DNA of 64,000 nucleotides, from assembly GCA_963727485.1 (NCBI GenBank), contig CAVSGM010000011.1, forward strand, positions 64,001 to 128,000. The letters run 5' to 3'. A model generated the notes under the pieces. The model ran no database searches and was not told the origin of the DNA. It worked only from the letters and a program-made list of their open reading frames with translations. This DNA is from an uncultured delta proteobacterium. GTDB taxonomy: Bacteria; Myxococcota; Myxococcia; SLRQ01. A program made the position numbers and the translations under genes. Each line of letters starts with the position of its first letter. Position 1 is the first letter of the stretch. Below are positions 33,159 through 44,905 of the stretch, in pieces.

Positions 33159-34694
33159 ATGGCCACCAAGACCGCGATCAGCCCGACCCGAGACGAGAAC
33201 TACCCCGAGTGGTACCAGCAGGTGGTGCGCGCCGCCGACCTGGCGGAGCACTCGCCGGTCCGCGGCTGCATGATCATCAAGCCCTGGGGCTACGCCCTGT
33301 GGGAGAACATCCAGCGCCGCCTCGACCGGATGTTCAAGGACACCGGCCACAAGAACGCCTACTTCCCGCTCTTCATCCCCAAGAGCTTCCTGGAGAAGGA
33401 GGCCGAGCACGTCGAGGGCTTCGCCAAGGAGTGCGCGGTGGTCACCCACCACCGCCTGGAGGCCGGCCCCGAGGGCGGGCTGGTCCCCGCCGGCGAGCTC
33501 GAGGAGCCCCTGGTGGTGCGGCCCACCTCGGAGACCATCATCGGCGACGCGTTCTCCAAGTGGGTGACGAGCTACCGCGACCTGCCCCTGCTCATCAACC
33601 AGTGGGCCAACGTGGTCCGGTGGGAGATGCGCACCCGGATGTTCCTGCGGACCAGCGAGTTCCTCTGGCAGGAGGGGCACACGGTCCACGTCGACGAGGC
33701 CGACGCCCGGGCCGAGACCATGCGCATGCTCGGGGTCTACGCGGACTTCGCCGAGCAGTACATGGCCATGCCCGTCATCCGCGGGGCCAAGCCCGCCCAC
33801 GAGCGCTTCCCCGGCGCCGTGGACACCTACGCCATCGAGGCCATGATGCAGGACCGCAAGGCCCTGCAGGCGGGCACCAGCCACTACCTGGGGCAGAACT
33901 TCGCGAAGGCCCAGGAAATCCAGTTCCTCGACGCCGACGGCGAGCGCAAGTTCGCCCACACCACCAGCTGGGGCGTCTCCACCCGGCTCATCGGCGGCAT
34001 GATCATGGCCCACGCCGACGACGACGGGATGGTGATGCCCCCGAAGCTCGCGCCGACCCACGTGGTCATCCTGCCCATCACCTTCCGCGCCGACGATCCC
34101 GCCAAGGTGCTCGCGTACTGCGAGTCGCTCGCCCGGGAGCTCCGGGACCAGCGCTACGCCGGACGCGACCTCGAGGTGGAGATCGACGCCCGGGACATCC
34201 GCGGCGGCGAGAAGACCTGGCAGTGGGTGAAGAAGGGCGTGCCCCTGCGCCTCGAGGTGGGCCCCCGGGACATGGCCGACGACGCGGTGTTCATGGCCCG
34301 GCGCGACAAGGGCGCCAAGGACAAGGTCTCGGTGCCGAGGGCCCAGTTCCTCGCCGAGGTCACCCAGATCCTCGACGAGATCCAGACCGGTCTCTTCGAG
34401 CGCGCCAAGGCGTTCCGCGAGGCGCACACGCAGGTCATCGACGACAAGGACGCGTTCTACAAGTTCTTCACGCCCAAGAACGCCGACCAGCCGGAGATCC
34501 ACGGGGGCTTCGCCCTGACCCACTGGAGCGGCGACCACGACGTCGCCGAGCAGATCCAGACGGATCTGGGCGTGACCATCCGCTGCATCCCCACCGACGA
34601 TCCGGCGAACCCGGCGATCGGCGCCGAGCCGGGGACCTGCCCTTTCTCGGGCAAGCCCAGCCCCCGGCGGGTGGTCTGGGCCAAGGCCTACTAG
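33159..34694 (+). CDS. proS: Proline--tRNA ligase (archaeal/eukaryal-like type)
   Basis: KEAEHVEGFAKE, RPTSET, FLRTSEFLWQEGHT, TSWGVSTR, C-terminal AKAY. Confidence 0.97.
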   Translation: MATKTAISPTRDENYPEWYQQVVRAADLAEHSPVRGCMIIKPWGYALWENIQRRLDRMFKDTGHKNAYFPLFIPKSFLEKEAEHVEGFAKECAVVTHHRLEAGPEGGLVPAGELEEPLVVRPTSETIIGDAFSKWVTSYRDLPLLINQWANVVRWEMRTRMFLRTSEFLWQEGHTVHVDEADARAETMRMLGVYADFAEQYMAMPVIRGAKPAHERFPGAVDTYAIEAMMQDRKALQAGTSHYLGQNFAKAQEIQFLDADGERKFAHTTSWGVSTRLIGGMIMAHADDDGMVMPPKLAPTHVVILPITFRADDPAKVLAYCESLARELRDQRYAGRDLEVEIDARDIRGGEKTWQWVKKGVPLRLEVGPRDMADDAVFMARRDKGAKDKVSVPRAQFLAEVTQILDEIQTGLFERAKAFREAHTQVIDDKDAFYKFFTPKNADQPEIHGGFALTHWSGDHDVAEQIQTDLGVTIRCIPTDDPANPAIGAEPGTCPFSGKPSPRRVVWAKAY

Positions 34695-34713
34695 CGTCCC
34701 CGGGCGGCGGGGC

Positions 34714-35496
34714 TCACCAGGGCACCGGCGCCCCGTCCCGGAACATCCCGCCGGTGGGCCCGTCCGCCGGGAGCGTCGCCGCCCAGGTGATCCCGGCCGC
34801 GCCGTCCTCCACGCTCCGGGGCGCCGCGGCGCCGCCCATGTCCGTGCGCACCCAGCCCGGGCCCACGGCGTTCACCTTCAGCTTCGGCCAGGCGCGGGCG
34901 TAGACCCGGGTCATGGCGCCGAGCGCCGCCTTGGAGGTGCCGTACGCCGACGAGGGCAGCCCCGCGTCCCGGTAGCGGCCCTTGGCCACCAGCTCGGGGA
35001 AGCGCCGGCACAGGTCCAGGACCGCCGCGCGATCCGGGGCCTCGGCGCCGAGGATCGCCAGCGCCTCGCCGTCGAGGCCCGAGAGGGACCCGAGGCCGCT
35101 GGAGACCATGACCACCCGGCCGCCCGCGCGCATCCGGGGGAGCAGGGCGTCGGTGACCCGCACCGCGCCGAAGAGGTTCACCGCCAGCGTCCCGCGGACC
35201 ACCTCGGCGTCGAAGCCGTGCATGGAGATCCCGGCGTTGTTCACCAGGGCGTCGAGGGGGCCCTCGAGGCGCGCCGCCAGCGCCTCGACCGAGGCGTCGT
35301 CGGTGACGTCGAGGACCTCGGGGACCACCTCGCCGCCGGCGCCTTCGAGCGACGCGGCGGCGGCCCGGGCCTTCTCGGCGTCGCGGGCGGTGAGGAGGAC
35401 GCGCCAGCCCCGGGCGGCGAGCTGGCGGCAGGTCTCGAGGCCGAGGCCCCGGTTGCCGCCGGTGACCAGGGCGAGAGGGGCGGTGTCGGTGGGCAT
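34714..35496 (-). CDS. SDR oxidoreductase (carbonyl reductase-like)
   Basis: TGGNRGLG, NNAG, YGTSK, PGWVRTDMG. Confidence 0.92.
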   Translation of the reverse strand: MPTDTAPLALVTGGNRGLGLETCRQLAARGWRVLLTARDAEKARAAAASLEGAGGEVVPEVLDVTDDASVEALAARLEGPLDALVNNAGISMHGFDAEVVRGTLAVNLFGAVRVTDALLPRMRAGGRVVMVSSGLGSLSGLDGEALAILGAEAPDRAAVLDLCRRFPELVAKGRYRDAGLPSSAYGTSKAALGAMTRVYARAWPKLKVNAVGPGWVRTDMGGAAAPRSVEDGAAGITWAATLPADGPTGGMFRDGAPVPW

Positions 35497-35628
35497 GGGC
35501 GAGAGGCTAGGACAGGGTGGGGCGCCTGCCCACTCGCGCCAGCCCGTGGAGGATTCTCCCTAGCCCGTCCGGGGGGACCCGGCTATTCTGGAGCGTGGCG
35601 TCCGGCCCCTGGGCCGGCGTCGCTCACC

Positions 35629-36270
35629 ATGCCCGACCCCCAGACCGTCCTCCTCGTCGAAGACCACCCCGCCACCGCCCGCGCCTACGCCGAGCTCATC
35701 CGGACGGGCCGCGGCTTCCGCGTCCTCACCGCCCTCACCCTCGCCGGCGCCCTGGCCTTCTGCGGCACCCCGGGCCTGGCGCTGGCCCTGGTGGACCTGG
35801 GGCTCCCCGACGGCGAGGGCCACGACCTGGTGCGGCGCCTCGCCCGCTGCGACCCGCCGGTCCCCAGCGTGGTCATCACCAACCGCGACGACCGCCGCAG
35901 CCTCATGGCCGCGGTCCACGCCGGGACCCGGGGCTACGTCCTCAAGGACGAGGACCCGGCCTTCGTGCTCCAGGTGGTCGACGAGGCCCTCCGGGGCGAG
36001 GTGCCCCTCTCCGGGCGCATGGCGGGAGCCCTCCTGGAGCTGGTACGCACCGAGCAGCCCCAGCCCCCGGCGGTGCCCCTGACCCCGCGGGAGCGCGACC
36101 TCCTCCAGCTCTTCGCCAAGGGCATGACCTATGGCGAGTGCGCGGCGCTCATGGGCATCGCCCTCGGCACCGTCCAGGACCACGTCAAGCGCCTCTACCC
36201 CAAGCTCGGGGTGAGCACCAAGGCCGAGGCGACGGCGCTCGCCATCCACTGCGGGCTGGTGGAGGCCTAG
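35629..36270 (+). CDS. NarL/LuxR-family response regulator
   Basis: VEDH, LVDLGLPDG, GYVLK, LTPRE..HTH. Confidence 0.92.
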   Translation: MPDPQTVLLVEDHPATARAYAELIRTGRGFRVLTALTLAGALAFCGTPGLALALVDLGLPDGEGHDLVRRLARCDPPVPSVVITNRDDRRSLMAAVHAGTRGYVLKDEDPAFVLQVVDEALRGEVPLSGRMAGALLELVRTEQPQPPAVPLTPRERDLLQLFAKGMTYGECAALMGIALGTVQDHVKRLYPKLGVSTKAEATALAIHCGLVEA

Positions 36271-36273
36271 GGG

Positions 36274-37533
36274 GTGGCCGCGGTCGACCGCTCGGACCCG
36301 GAGCTGGTCGCCGCCTACCACCAGGCCGTCGAGGATCGCGTCCCCGACGCCTTCGAGACCGTCCAGGGCGGCTGGGCGATCCTCGCCTACCTGGCCATGG
36401 GGGCGCTGGTCACGGGGTTCACCCAGATCCCGGCGCTCAAGCCCATCTTCAAGGTGGGCCTGTGGCCGGTGGCCGTGGTGGTCGGCTCCAACGAGCTCAT
36501 CTTCATCAGCCAGGCGTGGCTGGTGAAGCGCTTCGGCGCCCGGAGCCGGGTGATGGTCGTCCACCAGTGGGTCGACACCTTCGCCACCATCGGCTCGGGG
36601 GTGTGGCTGGTGTGGCTGTCCGGCTCGGCGACGAGCATCTGGTGGTTCATCGTGGTGGCCCAGGTGCTCGTCACCGGCAAGCGGGTGAAGCTCAAGCGCC
36701 TCAACTTCGCGGTCCTCGACGGGTTCTGCCTGGCGCTCGCCGCGGCCTTCGGCCTCGCCGGGCACCCGGGCGACATGTGGGTCTCGGTGATGCTCACCGT
36801 GATCGTCACCTACATCCTCTGGGTGATGGTCTCCGACGAGGAGAAGGCCACCTGGCTCCAGGCGGAGAAGGACCTCCTCGAGCGGCGGCTGACGACCCTC
36901 GAGGTCGAGCGGGAGCGCGAGCGCATCGCCCGGGATCTCCACGACGGCCTCGGCGCCGAGCTCACCGGCCTGGTGCTCCGGGCGCGGCGGGCCACCGCCG
37001 ACGCCAACACCGCCCAGCTCGCCGCCGCCGACGAGGTCATCGGCGACGCGAGGCGGATCCTCGACGAGCTGCGGGACGTGGTGTGGAACCTCGGCCCCGA
37101 CGGCGCCAGGTGGGCCGAGCTGGTGGACCGGGTGCGCCGCAAGGGCGGCGACCTCTTCGGTGACGAGGTGGCCTTCGACGTGGTGGACGCCGGCTGCCCC
37201 GAGGGCTTCCGCATCCCCGAGGGCCTGGGCACCCACCCCCTGCGGATGGTGCTGGAGCTGCTGCGCAACGCCCGGACCCACGCCCGGGCGAGGCGGGTCA
37301 CCGTGGCCCTCGCCGCCGACACCGAGGCGCTGCGGATCACGGTCGCGGACGACGGCGTGGGCCTCGATCCCGAGGCCGCGGTGGCGAGCGCCGGGGGCCT
37401 GGCGCACCTGCGTGCCCGGGCCCAGAGCCTCGGCGGTACCGTGACCGTGACGGGCGGTGAGGGTGGGGCCAGGGTGGATGTGGTCCTGCCGCTTCCCTCG
37501 GCTGACGGGGTGCGCCTCGAGCCGGCGGTCTGA
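36274..37533 (+). CDS. Membrane sensor histidine kinase (HisKA_3)
   Basis: ERERIARDLHDGLG, NARTHA, DDGVG; multi-TM N-terminus. Confidence 0.92.
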   Translation: MAAVDRSDPELVAAYHQAVEDRVPDAFETVQGGWAILAYLAMGALVTGFTQIPALKPIFKVGLWPVAVVVGSNELIFISQAWLVKRFGARSRVMVVHQWVDTFATIGSGVWLVWLSGSATSIWWFIVVAQVLVTGKRVKLKRLNFAVLDGFCLALAAAFGLAGHPGDMWVSVMLTVIVTYILWVMVSDEEKATWLQAEKDLLERRLTTLEVERERERIARDLHDGLGAELTGLVLRARRATADANTAQLAAADEVIGDARRILDELRDVVWNLGPDGARWAELVDRVRRKGGDLFGDEVAFDVVDAGCPEGFRIPEGLGTHPLRMVLELLRNARTHARARRVTVALAADTEALRITVADDGVGLDPEAAVASAGGLAHLRARAQSLGGTVTVTGGEGGARVDVVLPLPSADGVRLEPAV

Positions 37534-37665
37534 CGGGCGCACGGGGATCGAGGAGAGCACCTCCGGCGGCGCCGGGCATCCCCACGGGCATGGGGTGGGG
37601 CCGAGTTGGGGGCGCCGGCTAGCGTGGCATGAGCGCACCTCGACGCCACCCGAAAGGACTCGCCC

Positions 37666-39791
37666 ATGGCCTCCCGCCTCCGGATCCGCCCCATCCTCGC
37701 CCTCGCTGCCGCCCTGGGGCTCGTCGCCGCTTGCGGCCCGTCGGGTGGAGGCGGCGGCGACGGCGGGGGGCTCGGGCGGGACCGACGGGGGCACCGTAGG
37801 CGGGACCGACGGCGGCACCGTGGGCGGGACCGACGGCGGGCACCGTGGGCGGGACCGACGGCGGCACCGTGGGCGGGACCGACGGGGGCACCCCCGACGG
37901 CGGCGGCGGGGCCGGGAGTCTCGCCGGCGCCCTGACCCTGGACCTCGTCGCCGGCGACACCGGGGGGCCGGGGAGCTTCGACGGGACCGGACCTGCCGCC
38001 CGCTTCGACGCGCCCTGGGGCATCACCGGTGACGCGGCGGGGAACCTCTACGTCGCCGACCGGTTCAACGACACCATCCGCAAGATCGATCCCTCCGGCG
38101 CGGTCACCACCTTCGCGGGCCAGCCGACCCGCATCCCCGCGACCCCGGTTGACGGGACTGGCACCGCGGCCACGTTCAACGGCGTCTTCGGCATCGCCAT
38201 CGGCCCCCAGGGCAACCTCTACGTCAGCGAGATCAACGATGTCCGCAAGATCGCCCCGGACGGGACGGTGACCACCCTCGCCGGCACCCTCGGGTCCCCC
38301 GCCGGCGACCAGGACGGCACCGGGAGCGCCGCCAGCTTCGACGTCCCCGAGGGCATCGCCGTGGACGCCCAGGGGAACGTCTACGTCGCCGAGGCGATGG
38401 GCTGCGTCATCCGCAAGATCACCCCGTCGGGCGGGGTCACGACCCTCGCCGGCCAGGCGGGACAGCGGGGCCAGGCCGACGGAACCGGGAGCGCCGCGCG
38501 GTTCAACGACCCCGAGGCCCTGGCGGTCGGGCCCGCCGGCAACGTCTGGGTCTCCGACGCCTCAGGGATCCGCGAGATCACCCCGGGGGGAGTGGTGACC
38601 ACGCCCTATCCAGGCGTGTACGGGCAGGGCCTCGCCTTCGACGGCCAGGGGCACCTGCTCTACGACACCGTCACCGCCGTGGATCGCCTCGACGCCTCGG
38701 GCAGCAGCACCGTGGTCGCCGGGGCGGGCGGGCTGGGGCACGTGGACGGGCCCGCGGCGTCGGCCAAGTTCCTGTTCCCCAAGGGCCTCTTCCTCGACGC
38801 CTCGGGCAACATCTTCGTCGCCGGCTGGGGAAGCAGCTGCGTCCGGGAGGTGAGCGCCACCGGCACCGTGAGCACCGTGGCCGGCGTGGCCCCGGACAGC
38901 GGGCAGGACGTCGACGGCACCGGGGCCGCCGCCCGCTTCACCGAACCCACCCGTATCGCCGCCGACGGTCAGGGGGGCGCCTTCGTCCTGGAGGGCGACT
39001 CCAGCGGGAACCTGCCGACGGCCCTCAGGCACGTGGACGCCGCCGGCGCGGTCACCACGCTGTTCTCGGCAAGCCACAACGTGGCGTCCCAGTTCCTCGC
39101 TGCCACCCCCGACGGAACGCCGTACGTCGTCGGCAAGAGCGCCAGCTTCAACCCGGAGATCGACACGGTGGCGAGCGACGGGACCCTCACCCCCTTCGCC
39201 GGCGGGGCCGCCGGGGGCGCGGACGGGAAGGGGACCGCGGCGGGGCTCGGTACCGTCCGCAGCCTCACCGCCGACGCCGCCGGAAACCTGTGGCTCGTGG
39301 ATCTCGATCTCTCGACCTTCAAGAGCCGCATCCGGAAGATCACCCCCGACGGCACCGTGACCACCGTGGCGTCCGAGGCCGGGATGGGGTGGCAGCACCT
39401 GGCCGTCGATCCTTCGGGCAACGTCTATGCCCTGAGCACCTTCAGCGTGGTCTCGGTGGCCTCCGACGGCACCGCCCAGACCGTCGCGGGCCAGGCGCAG
39501 GACCTGGGCAACAGCGACGGGCAGGGCGCCGCTGCCACCTTCAACAGCCCCGGGGCGCTGGTCGCCGGCCCCGGCGGCGACCTCTTCGTCGCCGACACCG
39601 ACAACGGCCTCCTCCGCCGGGTCACCCCGGGGGGGACGGTGACCACCCTCCTGGGCGCCATCGGGACGCGCAAGATCGCCCCGGGGCCCCTGCCCACGAC
39701 CATCGACTCGCCCCAGGACCTGGACTTCGCCCACGACGGCAGCCTCCTCATCCTCGACGGCAACGCGCTCCTGAGGCTTCACGCGCACTAG
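37666..39791 (+). CDS. NHL-repeat beta-propeller lipoprotein; two apparent frameshifts in the TDGG repeat
   Basis: Lipobox VAAC; DGTG.AARF..P.GI..D..GNLYVAD repeats; frames shift at 37765-37770 and 37838-37840. Confidence 0.85.
37775..37892 (+). repeat. 24-bp tandem repeat encoding GGTDGGTV (about 5 copies)
   Basis: GGCGGGACCGACGG(C/G)GGCACCGT(G/A) units. Confidence 0.85.
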
Positions 39792-39834
39792 CCCGGTCCG
39801 CGCCGGGGCGGCACTCCGGGTAGACTGGTCGGGC

Positions 39835-41022
39835 ATGGCGCCGCCGAAGCACATCATCGTCGTGGGGGGCGGCCTCGGCGGCCTCGCCGTCGCCGCCGCC
39901 CTCAAGGTCGAGGGCCTCGAGGCCACGGTCCTGGAGCAGGCCCCGGTCCTCGGAGAGGTCGGCGCCGGCATCGCCCTGTGGAGCAACGCCGGGCGGGTGC
40001 TGCGCCACCTCGGTGTGGACCTCGACGCGGTGAGCCGGCCGGTGGACTTCACCGCGGTCGGAAGCGACTCGGGGAAGGTGCTCACCCAGGTCGAGCTGGC
40101 GCCCTTCTTCGCCCGCCGGGGCATCGCCGACCCCTGCCGCATCGTCCACCGGGCCGACCTCCACCGCCTGCTGCGCGAGAAGCTGGACCCGGCGCGCCTG
40201 CGCACCGGCGCCCGCTGCGTCGGGGTCGACGCCAGCGGGGCGCGGCCGGTGGTGCGCCTCGAGGGGGGCGAGGCGGTGGAGGCGGACCTGGTCATCGGCG
40301 CCGACGGGATCCGCTCGGCGGTCCGCGAAGCGGTCTTCCCCGGCGCGGTCCTCCGCTACGCCGGCGTCGTCGCCTGGCGGGGCATCGCCGAGCAGGGCCA
40401 CCCGGACCTGGGCACCCTCCGGGAGATCCAGGGCCACGGCGGCCGCTTCGGCGTCTGCCCCATCGACCCGGACCGCACCTACTGGTTCGCCACCCAGCCG
40501 GCCCCCGAAAGCTTCGACGTGCCCTCGGCCGAGCGCCGGGACGCGGTCCTGGCGCGCTTCGCCCACTTCCCCTTCGGCGCCCGGGACTGCGTGGAGGCCA
40601 CGCCCCCGGAGAAGATCCTCCTCGGGCCCCTCTGGGACCTGTGGCCGGTGCCGCCCCGGTGGGTGCAGGGCAAGGTGGTGCTCCTCGGGGACGCCGCCCA
40701 CGCCATGACCCCCAACCTGGGGCAGGGGGCGGCGACGGCCCTGGAGGACGCGGTGGTCCTGGCGCGCCTGGTGGCCAGGGCACCCGGCCTCGCCGCGGCC
40801 CTCTCGGCCTACGAGGCGACGCGGCGGCCCCGGGGGGAGACCCTGGTGGCCCGCTCGGCGCGCTTCGGGCGCATCGGGGACTGGGCGAACCCGGTGGCGG
40901 TGTGGGCCCGGGAGCTGGCCCTCCGCGTCACCCCCCGGAGGACCGCGGAGGCCATCTTCGCCGAGCAGGCGGGCTACGACGCGGTGGCCGACGCCGACCG
41001 GGCGCTGGCCGCCCTCGGCTGA
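39835..41022 (+). CDS. FAD-dependent monooxygenase
   Basis: GGGLGG, GADGIRS, LLGDAAHAMTPNLGQG. Confidence 0.92.
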   Translation: MAPPKHIIVVGGGLGGLAVAAALKVEGLEATVLEQAPVLGEVGAGIALWSNAGRVLRHLGVDLDAVSRPVDFTAVGSDSGKVLTQVELAPFFARRGIADPCRIVHRADLHRLLREKLDPARLRTGARCVGVDASGARPVVRLEGGEAVEADLVIGADGIRSAVREAVFPGAVLRYAGVVAWRGIAEQGHPDLGTLREIQGHGGRFGVCPIDPDRTYWFATQPAPESFDVPSAERRDAVLARFAHFPFGARDCVEATPPEKILLGPLWDLWPVPPRWVQGKVVLLGDAAHAMTPNLGQGAATALEDAVVLARLVARAPGLAAALSAYEATRRPRGETLVARSARFGRIGDWANPVAVWARELALRVTPRRTAEAIFAEQAGYDAVADADRALAALG

Positions 41023-41097
41023 CCGGCGGTTGCCCCGGCGCCCCCGGCGCATAACCGATCGGGTGCGGGGCCGGTGCGCCCCGCGGGGGGACAACAG

Positions 41098-42849
41098 ATG
41101 AACCGGCGGCGCATCACCAAGCCCCGGACGGCGTGGCGCGGGACGCCGAACCTCGTCGACTACGACGCCGCCCGGCGCAGCTTCACCTGGGAGGCCGCCC
41201 GCGCCGAGCTCGACGGCCTCCCGGGAGGCGGGCTGAACCTGGCCCACGAGGCCGTGGACCGCCACGCCGCGGGCCCGCGTGCCCGCCACCTGGCCATCCG
41301 CTTCGTCGGCGAAGGCGGCCACCTGCTCGACCTCACCTACGCCGAGCTCGCCCGGGAGACCAGCCGCTTCGCCAACGTCCTCGACACCCTCGGCGTCGGC
41401 GCCGGCGAGGCGGTGTTCTGCCTCACCGGGCGCATCCCCGAGCTCTACGTCGCCGCGCTGGGCACCCTCAAGCACCGCTCGGTCTTCGCGCCGCTGTTCT
41501 CCGCCTTCGGCCCCGAGCCCATCGAGGCCCGGATCACCCGGGGCGAGGGCGTGGTCCTGGTCACCACCGCCCGCCTCTACCGGAAGAAGGTCGCGCCCAT
41601 CCGCGCGCGCCTGCCGACCCTGCGCGAGGTCCTGGTGGTCCCCGACGACGGGGGCCTCCCCGAGGGGACCCGCTCGCTCCCGGCGCTCCTGACCGCCGCC
41701 TCCGACCAGTTCGAGATCCCGCCCACCAATCCCGAGGACCGGGCGCTGCTCCACTTCACCAGCGGCACCACCGGCACCCCCAAGGGCGCCATCCATGTCC
41801 ACGAGGCGGTGGTCGCCCACCACTACACCACCAAGGTCGCCCTCGACCTCCACCCCGACGACATCTTCTGGTGCACCGCCGACCCGGGGTGGGTCACCGG
41901 GACCAGCTACGGCATCCTCGGGCCGCTGACCATCGGCGCCACCCTGATCGTCGACGCCGGGGAGTTCGACGCCGACCGCTGGTACCAGATCCTCGAGTCC
42001 CAGGGGGTGAGCGTCTGGTACACCGCGCCCACCGCGGTGCGGATGATGATGAAGTCCGGCGCCGACCTCGCCCGGCCCCACCGCTTCGACCGCCTGCGCT
42101 TCATCGCCAGCGTCGGCGAGCCCTTGAACCCCGAGGCGGTCTACTGGGGCGAGGAGGTCTTCGGCCTGCCCATCCACGACAACTGGTGGCAGACGGAGAC
42201 CGGGGCGATCCTGATCGCCAACCTCGCGGCGCTGGAGATCCGCCCGGGGTCCATGGGCCGGCCGCTCCCCGGGGTCGAGGCCGCCATCGTCCGCCACACC
42301 GACGAGGGGGTCGCGGTGCTCCCGGCGGGCGAGGAGGGCGAGCTGGCGCTGCGCCCCGGGTGGCCCTCGATGTTCCGGGGCTACCTGAACCAGGACGACC
42401 GGTACCGCGCCTGCTTCGCCTCGGGCTGGTACCTGTCCGGCGACCTCGCGCGGATGGATGCCGACGGCTACGTCTGGTTCGTGGGCCGCGCCGACGACGT
42501 GATCAAGTCGGCGGGCCACCTCATCGGGCCCTTCGAGGTGGAGAGCGTGCTCCTGGAGCACCCGGCGGTGGCCGAGGCCGGGGTCATCGGCGTCCCCGAT
42601 CCGGTGATGGGCGAGCTGGTGAAGGCCTTCGTGTCGCTCAAGGGCAAGCGGCTCCCCGACGAGGCCCTGGAGCGCGAGCTGATGGCGCTGGCGCGCACCC
42701 GCCTGGGGCCGGCGGTGGCCCCGCGGACCATCGCCTTCCTGCCCTCGCTCCCCCGGACCCGCAGCGGCAAGATCATGCGCCGGCTCCTCAAGGCCCGGGA
42801 GCTCGGCCTCCCCGAAGGCGACCTCTCGACCCTGGAGGCGGCGCCATGA
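41098..42849 (+). CDS. acsA: Acetate--CoA ligase
   Basis: [32 protein letters not shown]. Confidence 0.9.
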   Translation: MNRRRITKPRTAWRGTPNLVDYDAARRSFTWEAARAELDGLPGGGLNLAHEAVDRHAAGPRARHLAIRFVGEGGHLLDLTYAELARETSRFANVLDTLGVGAGEAVFCLTGRIPELYVAALGTLKHRSVFAPLFSAFGPEPIEARITRGEGVVLVTTARLYRKKVAPIRARLPTLREVLVVPDDGGLPEGTRSLPALLTAASDQFEIPPTNPEDRALLHFTSGTTGTPKGAIHVHEAVVAHHYTTKVALDLHPDDIFWCTADPGWVTGTSYGILGPLTIGATLIVDAGEFDADRWYQILESQGVSVWYTAPTAVRMMMKSGADLARPHRFDRLRFIASVGEPLNPEAVYWGEEVFGLPIHDNWWQTETGAILIANLAALEIRPGSMGRPLPGVEAAIVRHTDEGVAVLPAGEEGELALRPGWPSMFRGYLNQDDRYRACFASGWYLSGDLARMDADGYVWFVGRADDVIKSAGHLIGPFEVESVLLEHPAVAEAGVIGVPDPVMGELVKAFVSLKGKRLPDEALERELMALARTRLGPAVAPRTIAFLPSLPRTRSGKIMRRLLKARELGLPEGDLSTLEAAP

Positions 42850-43904
42850 TCGACGGCCGCGAGCTGTTGCGCCAGATGCTCCGGGTGCGCCGGTTCGAGG
42901 AGCGCGCCGCCGAGCTCTACACCCAGGAGAAGATCCGCGGCTTCCTCCACCTCTACATCGGCGAGGAGGCGGCGGCGGCCGGGGTGATCCCGAACCTCGC
43001 CGGGGACGACGCGGTGGTCGCCACCTACCGGGAGCACGGCCACGCCCTGGTGCGCGGCCTCCCCATGGGCCCGGTGCTGGCCGAGATGTACGGGAAGCAG
43101 GAGGGCGTGAGCCGGGGGCGCGGGGGCTCGATGCACCTCTTCGACGCGGCGACGCGGTTCTACGGGGGGAACGCCATCGTCGCGGGGGGCCTGCCCCTGG
43201 CCGTGGGCCTGGCGCTGGCCGACAAGATGCAGGGGCGGCGGCGGGTGACGTGCTGCTTCTTCGGCGACGGGGCCGCCGCCGAGGGGGCGTTCCACGAGTC
43301 CCTGAACCTGGCGCGGCTCTGGGACCTGCCGGTGCTCTTCGCCTGCGAGAACAACCGCTACGCCATGGGCACGGCGCTGCGCTTCTCCCACGCGGTCACC
43401 GACCTGCGGCGCCGGGCGCTGGCCTACGACGTCCCCGCCGAGGCGGTGGACGCCATGGACGCCCGGGCGGTGGCGGCGGCGGCCGAGCGGGCGGTGGCGG
43501 CGATCCGCGCCGGGCAGGGGCCGGTGTTCCTGGAGCTGAAGACCTACCGGTTCCGGGCCCACTCCATGTTCGACCCCGAGCGCTACCGCACCCAGGAGGA
43601 GGTCGCCGCCTGGAAGGAGAAGGATCCGATCCCGCGGCTGGTCGCCGAGCTGAAGGCCGAGGGGGCCCTCGACGAGGCCGGGCTCGCGGCCCTGGAGGCC
43701 GAGGTCGCCGCCGAGGTCGACGACGCGGTGGCCTTCGCCGAGGCCGCCGGGTGGGAGCCGGAGGCCGACCTCTACCGCGACGTCGTCGCGGAGGCCGAGG
43801 CGTCCGAGGCCGCGGCCGCCGGGTCACCCACCGGGTCGGGGCCGGCCACGGGTGCCGAGGCGATGAAGCCCCCCGAGCCCCTCCACGCCGAGGCGAGACG
43901 ATGA
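42846..43904 (+). CDS. pdhA: Pyruvate dehydrogenase E1 alpha
   Basis: [32 protein letters not shown]. Confidence 0.93.
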   Translation: MIDGRELLRQMLRVRRFEERAAELYTQEKIRGFLHLYIGEEAAAAGVIPNLAGDDAVVATYREHGHALVRGLPMGPVLAEMYGKQEGVSRGRGGSMHLFDAATRFYGGNAIVAGGLPLAVGLALADKMQGRRRVTCCFFGDGAAAEGAFHESLNLARLWDLPVLFACENNRYAMGTALRFSHAVTDLRRRALAYDVPAEAVDAMDARAVAAAAERAVAAIRAGQGPVFLELKTYRFRAHSMFDPERYRTQEEVAAWKEKDPIPRLVAELKAEGALDEAGLAALEAEVAAEVDDAVAFAEAAGWEPEADLYRDVVAEAEASEAAAAGSPTGSGPATGAEAMKPPEPLHAEARR

Positions 43905-44905
43905 CCGCGCTCCCCCAGGCGGCGCCGCCGCGCCTCACCTACCGCGAGGCCGTCCGGGAGGCGATCCGCGAGGCCATGGCACGCGACCCCCGGGTCTTCC
44001 TCATGGGCGAGGACGTGGGCCGCTACGGTGGGTGCTACGCGGTGAGCCAGGGGCTCCTGGAGCAGTTCGGTCCCGAGCGCATCCGCGACACCCCGCTCTC
44101 CGAGGGCGCGTTCACCGGCGCTGGGATCGGCGCGGCCCTCGGGGGGATGCGGCCCATCGTCGAGGTGATGACGGTCAACTTCAGCCTCCTGGCCATGGAC
44201 CAGATCGTGAACACCGCGGCGACCTTCCGGCACATGAGCGGGGGCCAGGTGGGGGTGCCGCTGGTCATCCGCATGACCACCGGCGCCGGCCGACAGCTCG
44301 CCGCCCAGCACTCCCACAGCTTCGAGGGCTGGTACGCCAGCGTCCCCGGCCTCAAGGTGGCGGCGCCGGCGACGGTCGACGACGCCCGGGGGATGCTGGC
44401 CACGGCGCTCGCCGACCCGGACCCGGTGATCCTCTTCGAGCACGCGGGCCTCTACAACCGCGAGGGGGTCCTCGAGGGCGACGGGGGCCCGGTGGACCTG
44501 GTCCACGCGGCGGTGCGCCGGCCCGGGCGCGACGTCACCCTCGTGACCTACGGGGGGAGCCTGTTCAAGACCCTGGAGGCCGCCGACCAGCTCGCCGCCG
44601 AGGGGATCGACGCCGAGGTCCTCGACCTCCGGATGCTCCGGCCGCTCGACACCGAGAGCATCCTGGCGTCGGTGCGCCGGACCCGGCGGGCGGTGGTGGT
44701 CGACGAGGGGTGGCGCAGCGTGTCGCTGGCCTCGGAGGTGATGGCGCGGATCGTCGAGGGGGCGTTCTTCGACCTCGACGGGCCGCTGGCCCGGGTGTGC
44801 ACCGAGGAGGTGCCCATCCCCTACGCGAGGCACCTGGAGGCCGCGGCGCTCCCCCAGCCGGCGAAGATCGTCGCCGCCGCCCGGGAGGTGGTGGGCCGTG
44901 AGTGA
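43901..44905 (+). CDS. pdhB: Pyruvate dehydrogenase E1 beta
   Basis: [27 protein letters not shown]. Confidence 0.93.
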   Translation: MTALPQAAPPRLTYREAVREAIREAMARDPRVFLMGEDVGRYGGCYAVSQGLLEQFGPERIRDTPLSEGAFTGAGIGAALGGMRPIVEVMTVNFSLLAMDQIVNTAATFRHMSGGQVGVPLVIRMTTGAGRQLAAQHSHSFEGWYASVPGLKVAAPATVDDARGMLATALADPDPVILFEHAGLYNREGVLEGDGGPVDLVHAAVRRPGRDVTLVTYGGSLFKTLEAADQLAAEGIDAEVLDLRMLRPLDTESILASVRRTRRAVVVDEGWRSVSLASEVMARIVEGAFFDLDGPLARVCTEEVPIPYARHLEAAALPQPAKIVAAAREVVGRE

